Virus record (IMG/VR): IMGVR_UViG_3300043570_001980
Location: 124,001-188,000 of that record
Strand: one strand, 5' to 3'
Length of the DNA stretch: 64,000 nt
A model generated the notes under the pieces. That model did not search any database and was not told the DNA's origin. It worked only from the letters and a program-made list of their open reading frames with translations. A program made the position numbers and the translations under genes. Below, in pieces: positions 1 to 6,034 of the stretch. Position 1 is the stretch's first letter, and every line of letters begins with the position of its first letter.

Positions 1-1083
1 AAAAAACATCAAGTCATCAGATGTGAAGCATATATCTTTCAAGGAGATACTTTTTCCGTTGAACAGGCTGAAAATTTTCTTAAAGAGTACGACACAGACT
101 GTGATACTATTTTAGCTAGTGTGTGGGAAGTACCTTATTATAAAATGTCTACTAACTGGAGACAAGGGTATAAAAACCTAGTACAAACAGCAAAAAGAAA
201 ATTAAAAGGAAGAATTTTTGTTATACTTGATTCCTGGTATCAACCATATTACCAAGACTTGTTAGATCCAGCTGTTGATGATGTTTTGTTAATTGATTAT
301 TTCTTGGTTAGAATCTATAACGAAGTTGTAGTTAAAAAACTATGCGATTTTAAAAAAATACCCGATGTAAAAAATCCATTTTTATTCTTAACTGGCAAAC
401 CATCTAAACTCAACAGAACTCGATTGTTATATAAGTTACAACAGAAGAATTTGTTAGAAAACAGCATATGGTCGTTTTATCCAATTAAAGATAAAATTAA
501 TCAAGAACATTCAACTGTGCCTGAAATAACAGTTGACGAATACATTGATTTTACAAACAAATATCAACGTCAACCAGATAGTGTTAAATTTAAACCGTCT
601 GGCCACTCTTATTTTTTTCTTCCGGTACCTTACGACGTTAAACTTTATGATAGTACAGGTTTTTCAATTGTACCCGAAACTATATTTAATAATACAAATT
701 CGTTTGATACTGTTTTTTTCACAGAAAAAACCTGGATTCCAATATTAAATAATCATGCTTTTATAATTGCTGGAATTCCTGGTGTACTCAAACAACTATC
801 AACTATGGGGTTCAAAACCTTTGAAGAATATTTGCCAGTTAAATATGACAACATACTTAACCACGAACAACGATTAAATGCAATTGTTGAAAACGTGGAA
901 TTTTTAGTTAATAACATCGATGCCCTAGAGAATGATTTAATTAACGATATCAAACACAATCATCAAAATTTAATAAAATTAGCTTGCAATAATGTTGATA
1001 ATATTCTCAATCTTGCCAAACAGCATCAATGGCAAATTAAACAGTTTGACGACCTAGTTAACACCGCTGATAAAATTCTATAA
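1..1083 (+). CDS. Glycosyltransferase-like protein of the ET..TEK paralog family (5' truncated by window edge)
   Basis: Frame is open from base 1; motif FSIVPET...FFTEKTWIPILNNHAFIIAG...GFKTF shared with ORFs at 9222, 31970, 33085 and 46967. Confidence 0.55.
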   Translation, partial: KKHQVIRCEAYIFQGDTFSVEQAENFLKEYDTDCDTILASVWEVPYYKMSTNWRQGYKNLVQTAKRKLKGRIFVILDSWYQPYYQDLLDPAVDDVLLIDYFLVRIYNEVVVKKLCDFKKIPDVKNPFLFLTGKPSKLNRTRLLYKLQQKNLLENSIWSFYPIKDKINQEHSTVPEITVDEYIDFTNKYQRQPDSVKFKPSGHSYFFLPVPYDVKLYDSTGFSIVPETIFNNTNSFDTVFFTEKTWIPILNNHAFIIAGIPGVLKQLSTMGFKTFEEYLPVKYDNILNHEQRLNAIVENVEFLVNNIDALENDLINDIKHNHQNLIKLACNNVDNILNLAKQHQWQIKQFDDLVNTADKIL

Positions 1084-1114
1084 CAATTACAGATTATGGA
1101 TATATAATAGTACT

Positions 1115-1219
1115 ATGAACTATCAATCATTGTCCATGTACACCAAGTGTGACGCACGAGATTTCGTGAGTTACAACTATGAGCACATGTGCAATGCGGG
1201 TCTTGGGAAATCTAGATAA
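1115..1219 (+). CDS. Putative attenuator leader peptide 1 (34 aa, MNYQSLSMYTKCDARDFVSYNYEHMCNAGLGKSR)
   Basis: ATG starts 7 nt after TATAAT (1103-1108), i.e. leaderless; 3' end GCGGGTCTT (1196-1204) is complementary to terminator arm AAGACCCGC (1239-1247). Confidence 0.55.
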   Translation: MNYQSLSMYTKCDARDFVSYNYEHMCNAGLGKSR

Positions 1220-1238
1220 CTAGAAAGTACTGCTAATA

Positions 1239-1270
1239 AAGACCCGCCAACTAGGCGGGTTTTCTTTTTG
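1239..1270 (+). terminator. Intrinsic terminator (attenuator 1)
   Basis: AAGACCCGCC-aacta-GGCGGGTTTT followed by a T-rich tail. Confidence 0.85.
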
Positions 1271-1274
1271 TAGG

Positions 1275-1303
1275 TAGACCAGAATTGACAGATCTAGTAC
1301 AAT
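1275..1303 (+). promoter_or_regulatory. Sigma70-type promoter
   Basis: TAGACC-17 nt-TACAAT. Confidence 0.55.
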
Positions 1304-1339
1304 AGAAACATGAAGGAAGCAATTCCGGGCAACAACAGA

Positions 1340-1358
1340 GTGTTGTAAAAATACAACA
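1340..1358. promoter_or_regulatory. Palindromic operator-like site TGTTGTA-N4-TACAACA
   Basis: Inverted repeat just upstream of a -35 box; recurs at 2656 and, degenerate, at 16701. Confidence 0.6.
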
Positions 1359-1367
1359 AACAAGTAG

Positions 1368-1396
1368 TTGACAAAAATTGCAAAGTATCATATAAT
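1368..1396 (+). promoter_or_regulatory. Consensus sigma70 promoter for tRNA block 1
   Basis: TTGACA-17 nt-TATAAT, perfect consensus. Confidence 0.9.
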
Positions 1397-1406
1397 TGAT
1401 GCATAC

Positions 1407-1434
1407 GTTGAGAAATCAACAATGTTCTTTAACA
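1407..1434 (+). promoter_or_regulatory. boxB-like hairpin plus boxA (rrn-type Nus antitermination site)
   Basis: GTTGA-GAAA-TCAAC hairpin followed by TGTTCTTTAACA (1423-1434), one mismatch from rrn boxA TGCTCTTTAACA, right after the predicted start site. Confidence 0.7.
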
Positions 1435-1470
1435 ATGTTAGAGTTTTTGTATAGTAGCCCGCAAGGGTTG

Positions 1471-1685
1471 CTATATTAAAATGTATTAAAGGTTACCTAC
1501 ACCGTTAGGGATCTACAGCGAGGACAGTGGGGCCGCCCACGCTCAAACTAGGTCTATGAAACCGGGCAGAAATGTCCAGAAAAGCGGCGGAGCATGTAGG
1601 CAGTAATGACCGTGCAGGCCTATACAAGACGGTTGTATAGGTAGACATAGATGCACAATGGTTCCTTTAGTATTTTTTAATATAG
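1471..1685 (+). ncRNA. Unidentified structured RNA A closed by a 22-bp stem
   Basis: 1471-1492 pairs with 1664-1685; GC-rich interior with several hairpins (GTGGG/CCCAC, GGCA-GAAA-TGTC, CCTATACAA/TTGTATAGG). Confidence 0.6.
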
Positions 1686-1693
1686 TAAATTTT

Positions 1694-1783
1694 GGAGCGG
1701 TGGCCGAACGGTAAGGCAGCGGATTGCTAATCCGTACAACGTGTTAAAGCGTTGACTGGGTTCGACTCCCAGTCGCTCCGCCA
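1694..1783 (+). tRNA. tRNA-Ser(GCT)
   Basis: Cloverleaf, long variable arm, anticodon loop TT-GCT-AA, CCA end. Confidence 0.95.
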
Positions 1784-1789
1784 AGTTTT

Positions 1790-1854
1790 GAGAGTCACAT
1801 CGCCTGGATACTTCCTTTGGTAACAAAGCACTAGGTCCTGCAACCGTGGCTCTC
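1790..1854 (+). ncRNA. Unidentified small structured RNA B
   Basis: Nested stems GAGAGTCAC/GTGGCTCTC, CCTGG/CTAGG and CTTTG-GTAA-CAAAG (GNRA loop) between two tRNAs. Confidence 0.5.
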
Positions 1855-1862
1855 CCTTATTT

Positions 1863-1937
1863 GCTCGATTCGTCTATCGGTTAGGACATGCGGTTTTCAT
1901 CCGCATAAGAGCGGTTCGACTCCGCTATCGAGTACCA
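1863..1937 (+). tRNA. tRNA-Glu(TTC)
   Basis: Cloverleaf, TGCGG-TT-TTC-AT-CCGCA, CCA. Confidence 0.95.
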
Positions 1938-1942
1938 GACAT

Positions 1943-2028
1943 GGAGATGTGGCCGAGTGGCTGAAGGCGGCAGACTGTAAATCTGTTCTGTAAAAAGCGC
2001 GGTGGTTCGAATCCATCCATCTCCACCA
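1943..2028 (+). tRNA. tRNA-Tyr(GTA)
   Basis: Cloverleaf with variable arm, CT-GTA-AA loop, CCA. Confidence 0.95.
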
Positions 2029-2030
2029 GA

Positions 2031-2222
2031 ACGTTCCGGATTAGTCTCTGGATACTGTGACCCACAGGATGAGAAGTAGTGTGACAACTACGGGTGGTAG
2101 TCTTTAAACCCAAAGGCCGCTGGCAATGCGATAACGGTTCCTGTCGGGAAGCGGGTGGAAGGAGTGTGTGATGGGTATGATAGCGTCATATCTTGATACT
2201 CTATAATTACCGCCGGGGGATG
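2031..2222 (+). ncRNA. Unidentified structured RNA C (~190 nt)
   Basis: GC-rich, no credible ORF; helices TTCCGG/CCGGGG, CTGTG/CACAG, GTAGT/ACTAC, GGTGGTAG/TTACCGCC, GGAGTGT/ATACTCT. Confidence 0.55.
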
Positions 2223-2318
2223 CAGAGCATTTTTAAGTACATACCCTACGCCTACTTGGAATAGGAGATAGTGTCCATAGCACTGAAGAAAGGTTTAAAT
2301 GTACTTAAAAATGTTTTG
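2223..2318 (+). ncRNA. Unidentified structured RNA D closed by a 20-bp stem
   Basis: 2223-2242 pairs with 2299-2318; two internal hairpins with complementary loops (TGG/CCA). Confidence 0.5.
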
Positions 2319-2471
2319 TTTTTATAGTCAAGCATCGATAAGGTATCGTGTATGGACGCATACACTATTCGGGTCACAGCGGCCGGCGACTGATCCTGAT
2401 ATAACTGCATCGGCTTTGACACGGAAGCACCGGACGTCTAAATTGGCATTCTCGGTGCTTGACTATAAAAA
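2319..2471 (+). ncRNA. Unidentified structured RNA E closed by a 20-bp stem
   Basis: 2319-2338 pairs with 2452-2471; GTGTATG-GACG-CATACAC hairpin whose loop can pair with downstream CGTC. Confidence 0.6.
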
Positions 2472-2474
2472 TTT

Positions 2475-2550
2475 GGTCTTAAAGTGTTCATGGACGCACG
2501 ACGGCTTGTCACGCCGTAAGAGTGGGGATCGTTACCCCCTAAGACCGCCA
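2475..2550 (+). tRNA. tRNA-Asp(GTC)
   Basis: Cloverleaf, TT-GTC-AC loop, atypical T-loop ATCGTTA, CCA. Confidence 0.9.
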
Positions 2551-2572
2551 ACATAAAAACTCTAACTTTTAC

Positions 2573-2647
2573 CGCGGGGTACGTCAGTGGTAGACCGCCA
2601 GGCTCATAACCTGGAAGCCGGAGGTTCGAGTCCTTCCCCCGCAACCA
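2573..2647 (+). tRNA. Initiator tRNA-fMet(CAT)
   Basis: C1-A72 mismatch, CGCGGGG 5' end, CT-CAT-AA loop, CCA. Confidence 0.92.
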
Positions 2648-2655
2648 ACACAGGA

Positions 2656-2675
2656 GTGTTGTATAAATACAACAC
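2656..2675. promoter_or_regulatory. Palindromic operator-like site GTGTTGTA-TAAA-TACAACAC
   Basis: Perfect 8-bp inverted repeat upstream of the promoter at 2695. Confidence 0.6.
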
Positions 2676-2694
2676 AAAATTTTTACCTTAGAGG

Positions 2695-2723
2695 TTGACT
2701 CTAAGACATAAATAAAGTACAAT
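2695..2723 (+). promoter_or_regulatory. Sigma70 promoter for leader 2 / tRNA block 2
   Basis: TTGACT-17 nt-TACAAT; the -35 box sits inside the inverted repeat CTTAGAG/CTCTAAG. Confidence 0.8.
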
Positions 2724-2733
2724 AGAAACTAAG

Positions 2734-2865
2734 ATGAACAAGCATTTCACATTATCGTTGAAACCCATTATGCACCAGACAGCATCTGCCTGGTCACGCG
2801 GTTTTAATTTTAACTGTGGGATTACAATTCCAGGTACGCAGGGGTCCGTAGGAGACAAGATGTAA
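2734..2865 (+). CDS. Putative attenuator leader peptide 2 (43 aa, MNKHFTLSLKPIMHQTASAWSRGFNFNCGITIPGTQGSVGDKM)
   Basis: ATG near the predicted start site; GGGGTCC (2841-2847) is complementary to terminator arm GGACCCC (2889-2895); the stop codon lies inside the alternative hairpin. Confidence 0.6.
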   Translation: MNKHFTLSLKPIMHQTASAWSRGFNFNCGITIPGTQGSVGDKM

Positions 2866-2888
2866 TAAAAATACATCAAATTCTAAAA

Positions 2889-2924
2889 GGACCCCAGGAC
2901 TAAAAACCCTGGGGTTTTGTTTTT
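2889..2924 (+). terminator. Intrinsic terminator (attenuator 2)
   Basis: GGACCCCAGG-loop-CCTGGGGTTT followed by a T tract. Confidence 0.85.
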
Positions 2925-2933
2925 AAGGAACAA

Positions 2934-3119
2934 ATGATTAGAGAAGAAAGTAAAACTGAACATAAGTGTGTTTACACAGAAATTGATCAAAGAGCCAACG
3001 AAGGACTAGGGTACGCACTCACTCCCGAGATGACAAAAAAATTGATTGAAGGTAAATTCACAAGAATGCAACTGCTAACAGGCAATCGAAATAGAGTGAT
3101 TGAAACTAGCAAAGCATAA
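2934..3119 (+). CDS. Hypothetical protein (61 aa)
   Basis: AAGGA Shine-Dalgarno before ATG; first gene after attenuator 2. Confidence 0.6.
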   Translation: MIREESKTEHKCVYTEIDQRANEGLGYALTPEMTKKLIEGKFTRMQLLTGNRNRVIETSKA

Positions 3120-3293
3120 AGTGTGCATAGGCAACGCGAGCCTGACCTGCACTTAAAACATGGGCAAATGGGCGGCCTGTAGGATGAAGCTTCTTTTGTG
3201 AAGTGAAAAATTACAGCGTATTAAAGCATTCTTTAAGAACAGGCAGCCTAAGTATTTTAGAGTGCTTTAATACATACATTCCTCGGAGTGTGT
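3119..3293 (+). ncRNA. Structured intergenic RNA F including a 15-bp processing-type stem
   Basis: GTGCA/TGCAC, AGGC/GCCT and CTGTA/TACAG helices; 3218-3232 pairs with 3259-3273. Confidence 0.4.
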
Positions 3294-3305
3294 TAACTAT
3301 TTTAT

Positions 3306-3381
3306 TCCTTGATAGCTCAGTTGGTAGAGCACTTGACTGTTAATCAAGTTGTCCCTGGTTCGAGCCCAGGTCGAGGAGCCA
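3306..3381 (+). tRNA. tRNA-Asn(GTT)
   Basis: Cloverleaf, CT-GTT-AA, CCA. Confidence 0.95.
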
Positions 3382-3387
3382 GATATA

Positions 3388-3463
<76 letters not shown>

Positions 3464-3468
3464 TTTAT

Positions 3469-3545
3469 ACCACCTTAGCTCATTTGGATAGAGCACCAGG
3501 CTACGAACTTGGGGGTAGGGCGTTCAACTCGCTCAGGTGGTACCA
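3469..3545 (+). tRNA. tRNA-Arg(ACG)
   Basis: Cloverleaf, CT-ACG-AA, CCA. Confidence 0.92.
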
Positions 3546-3551
3546 GTTTTT

Positions 3552-3626
3552 GGGGGATTGGTATAGTTGGGAACACAGTAGCTTTGCAAGCTTCAGTCAG
3601 CGGTTCGACCCCGCTATCCTCCACCA
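3552..3626 (+). tRNA. tRNA-Ala(TGC)
   Basis: G3-U70 pair, TT-TGC-AA, CCA. Confidence 0.93.
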
Positions 3627-3679
3627 ACAAATTTTTAAGGAGAGTCCAAATGGACAGTGATAAGAGTGGTAAGATTTGT

Positions 3680-3755
3680 GGGACGTTAGCTCAGTTGGTA
3701 GAGCAGTAGACTTTTAATCTATTGGTCATTGGTTCGAATCCAATACGTCCTACCA
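3680..3755 (+). tRNA. tRNA-Lys(TTT)
   Basis: Cloverleaf, CT-TTT-AA, CCA. Confidence 0.95.
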
Positions 3756-3872
3756 TATAAAAGCATTCTTGGCGTAAGTCAAAGCGGGAGAAGAAGCTGA
3801 GTATCTGCAGATGCAAAAGTTTCAGCAACTAGATTGCCTCCTAGGCCTGCTGTTGAGAGTGCCTCTATATGG
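3753..3872 (+). ncRNA. Unidentified structured RNA G closed by a ~22-bp stem
   Basis: CCATATAAAAGCATTCTTGGCG pairs with TGTTGAGAGTGCCTCTATATGG; internal GCTGA/TCAGC and CTAG/CTAG helices. Confidence 0.5.
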
Positions 3873-3946
3873 TAATATAGCATAGTGGCTAATGCAGTTG
3901 CTTCATACGCAACCTATCGTTGGTTCGAGTCCAACTATTACCACCA
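3871..3946 (+). tRNA. tRNA-Met(CAT), elongator (Ile2 not excluded)
   Basis: Fully paired acceptor stem, TT-CAT-AC, CCA. Confidence 0.85.
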
Positions 3947-3954
3947 GGCTTTGT

Positions 3955-4031
3955 TGGAGATTCGCCAAGTTGGTCAAGGCATCGGATTTTGATTCCGACA
4001 CGCATAGGTTCGAATCCTATATCTCCTGCCA
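3955..4031 (+). tRNA. tRNA-Gln(TTG)
   Basis: Cloverleaf, unpaired 1-72, TT-TTG-AT, CCA. Confidence 0.93.
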
Positions 4032-4037
4032 GATTTT

Positions 4038-4112
4038 AGCCGTGTAGCTCAGAGGAAGAGCATTGTCTTGATAAGGCAAGGGTCGACATTTCGAAACTGT
4101 CCATGGCTACCA
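4038..4112 (+). tRNA. tRNA-Ile(GAT)
   Basis: Cloverleaf, TT-GAT-AA, atypical T-stem, CCA. Confidence 0.88.
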
Positions 4113-4130
4113 ATATAAGTAAATTACAAT

Positions 4131-4204
4131 GCGGGGTTCGTATAGTGGTAATACCTGAGCCTTCCAAGCTCATGCGGAGAGTTCGATTCTCTTACCCCGC
4201 TCCA
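4131..4204 (+). tRNA. tRNA-Gly(TCC)
   Basis: Cloverleaf, CT-TCC-AA, U73, CCA. Confidence 0.95.
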
Positions 4205-4210
4205 GGTTTA

Positions 4211-4285
4211 GGGTGATTAGCTCAGCGGTAGAGTCGCTGCCTTACACGCAGTTTGTCGGGAGTTCGATCCTCTCATCACCCACCA
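4211..4285 (+). tRNA. tRNA-Val(TAC)
   Basis: Cloverleaf, CT-TAC-AC, CCA. Confidence 0.95.
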
Positions 4286-4291
4286 GTTATT

Positions 4292-4368
4292 CGGAGTGTA
4301 GCACAGCCTGGTAGTGCGCCTGGTTTGGGACCAGGAGGTCGTAGGTTCGAATCCTACTATTCCGACCA
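4292..4368 (+). tRNA. tRNA-Pro(TGG)
   Basis: Cloverleaf, TT-TGG-GA, CCA. Confidence 0.95.
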
Positions 4369-4373
4369 ATTAT

Positions 4374-4451
4374 GCAACGGTGGCAGAGTGGTCAAATGCA
4401 ACGGATTGCAAATCCGTAAAGTCGTGAGTTCAAATCTCACCCGTTGTTCCA
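4374..4451 (+). tRNA. tRNA-Cys(GCA)
   Basis: Cloverleaf, TT-GCA-AA, U73, CCA. Confidence 0.93.
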
Positions 4452-4455
4452 ATTT

Positions 4456-4529
4456 GTATCCATAGTGTAATGGCAGCATTGCGGTCTCCAAAACCGTCAG
4501 TCTAGGTTCAAGTCCTAGTGGGTACGCCA
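4456..4529 (+). tRNA. tRNA-Trp(CCA)
   Basis: Cloverleaf, CT-CCA-AA, CCA end. Confidence 0.93.
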
Positions 4530-4551
4530 GTATTAAATATAAGAAAGCCAT

Positions 4552-4989
4552 ATGATAAAAGAAACACAAACAAGAACAATAGTAAAAGCAGTTATATACA
4601 GATTTTTCTCAGTGGTAGCTATCATGTTGTTATCACTGCTATTCGGCGCTAGCATGGCATCGGCTGGCATAGTCGGACTAATTGTAATTGTGGTAGGTAC
4701 AGCAATTTATTACGTACATGACAGGTTGTGGTTGCTTACTGGATGGGCAAGAAACGATTCAGGGGTTGACGATATCAAACGTAGTGTAATTAAAACCATT
4801 ATCTATCGTGCAATCACCATGACGGTTTCTTACTTGATTGCAATATTCATTATTAAAAGCAGTGGGTCCAACGCTGTGCTATTTGCAATAGCACAGGCAT
4901 TGACAAATATGACTTTTTTCTTTATTGTTGAGAGAGTATTTAATTTTATTGAATGGGGAAAAATTAAACCTGAATCTCAGGTAAATTAA
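4552..4989 (+). CDS. Membrane protein with two DUF2061-like repeats
   Basis: Tandem RTIVKAVIYR...YYVHDRLW and RSVIKTIIYR...FFIVERVFNFIEWG units. Confidence 0.75.
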   Translation: MIKETQTRTIVKAVIYRFFSVVAIMLLSLLFGASMASAGIVGLIVIVVGTAIYYVHDRLWLLTGWARNDSGVDDIKRSVIKTIIYRAITMTVSYLIAIFIIKSSGSNAVLFAIAQALTNMTFFFIVERVFNFIEWGKIKPESQVN

Positions 4990-4992
4990 TTA

Positions 4993-5084
4993 GGAAGCGT
5001 GGTCGAGTCAGGTTTATGGCAACAGTCTTGAAAACTGTCGGCTCTTAACAGGGTCCGTGAGTTCGAATCTCACCGCTTCCACCA
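4993..5084 (+). tRNA. tRNA-Ser(TGA)
   Basis: Long variable arm, CT-TGA-AA, CCA. Confidence 0.95.
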
Positions 5085-5098
5085 AATTGGAGTATTCA

Positions 5099-5383
5099 AT
5101 GTCAAACGAAACCGATAAATTCAAACATAGCAAGCGTCTACAGAAAGACAAAAACGCTGTTAACAAACAAATCAAAATTGCCAAAGAATTTGGGATACCA
5201 GTTGAAGAGCCACATAAGTTTGCCAAACATCATGCCATGAACTGTGGCACCCCAAATTGTGTGATGTGCAGTAATCCTAGAAAAACCTTTAAAGAGTTGA
5301 CACAGCAAGAGAAACGAATGTTTCAGGACACCGATACTCCTCGTGATCGACACAGCAATGGATTGCCGCCTGATCAAGATTAA
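5099..5383 (+). CDS. Hypothetical basic phage protein with a C-x4-C-x2-C motif
   Basis: GGAG SD then ATG at 5099; HAMNCGTPNCVMCSNPR. Confidence 0.75.
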   Translation: MSNETDKFKHSKRLQKDKNAVNKQIKIAKEFGIPVEEPHKFAKHHAMNCGTPNCVMCSNPRKTFKELTQQEKRMFQDTDTPRDRHSNGLPPDQD

Positions 5384-5388
5384 TCTAT

Positions 5389-5464
5389 GGTGACTATAGT
5401 GTAACGGTCAACACCACGGATTGTGATTCCGTTAATATGGGTTCGATTCCCATTAGTTACCCCA
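5389..5464 (+). tRNA. tRNA-His(GTG)
   Basis: G-1:C73 pair, TT-GTG-AT, CCA. Confidence 0.95.
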
Positions 5465-5466
5465 AT

Positions 5467-5542
5467 GCCAAGATAGCTCAGTTGGTAGAGCACCGGACTG
5501 AAAATCCGGGTGTGGGCGGTTCGATCCCGTCTCTTGGTACCA
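5467..5542 (+). tRNA. tRNA-Phe(GAA)
   Basis: Cloverleaf, CT-GAA-AA, CCA. Confidence 0.95.
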
Positions 5543-5543
5543 A

Positions 5544-6008
5544 TTACTGAGTGATCTGGCCTGTTACAGCATCTACATGCACAGGTTGGCGACCATCAAA
5601 TGTAAAATCATAAAAAGGATTTCCTCGATAATCAACAGTTTGACGCAACCTGCAAAACAGCCAGGTGTCTGTAATACCTGCTTTGGTCATGGCCTGCTGT
5701 GCCTGATTACAACTCAGGGTAGGTGGATATACAAATGCCTGACACTCAGCCACACGGGAGTCATCAAACGTGGGGCCAGTAGCATGTCCTGTAATGTCAA
5801 CAGTTATAGCATAAGGTTTGGTATCTTCGGATCCTTGCCAGCAGGTATACATAGTTCCATTACGGTCAGCCTCAGCAAGATAAAATTTAGATCCGTTTTG
5901 ATGTAGATCCATAAGGCTCTTGGCTCCCCAGATCTGTTGATCAAAACTCAAGGGAGACAACAACCCTAGTCGTCGAAAATATTGTCTTATAAGTGTTATT
6001 ATTGACAT
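5544..6008 (-). CDS. Hypothetical protein with a PepSY-like C-terminus, inserted antisense in the tRNA array
   Basis: AAGGA SD, TAAATA upstream; C-terminus ...VHVDAVTGQI. Confidence 0.7.
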   Translation of the reverse strand: MSIITLIRQYFRRLGLLSPLSFDQQIWGAKSLMDLHQNGSKFYLAEADRNGTMYTCWQGSEDTKPYAITVDITGHATGPTFDDSRVAECQAFVYPPTLSCNQAQQAMTKAGITDTWLFCRLRQTVDYRGNPFYDFTFDGRQPVHVDAVTGQITQ

Positions 6009-6034
6009 AATTACATTTCCTTTTGTTGATATAT

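Noticed and set aside
1310-1348. 12-codon ORF MKEAIPGNNRVL after promoter 1275 as a third leader peptide
   Set aside because: No terminator/antiterminator follows; too short to support
1790-1854. HDV-like (theta) ribozyme at a tRNA 3' end
   Set aside because: Helices are simply nested; I could not build the double-pseudoknot topology
2243-2298. Hammerhead ribozyme suggested by CTGAAGA
   Set aside because: No GAAA core after stem II and no correctly placed NUH site
2415-2440. SRP RNA suggested by GGAAGCA
   Set aside because: The matching CAGG side and domain IV helix are absent
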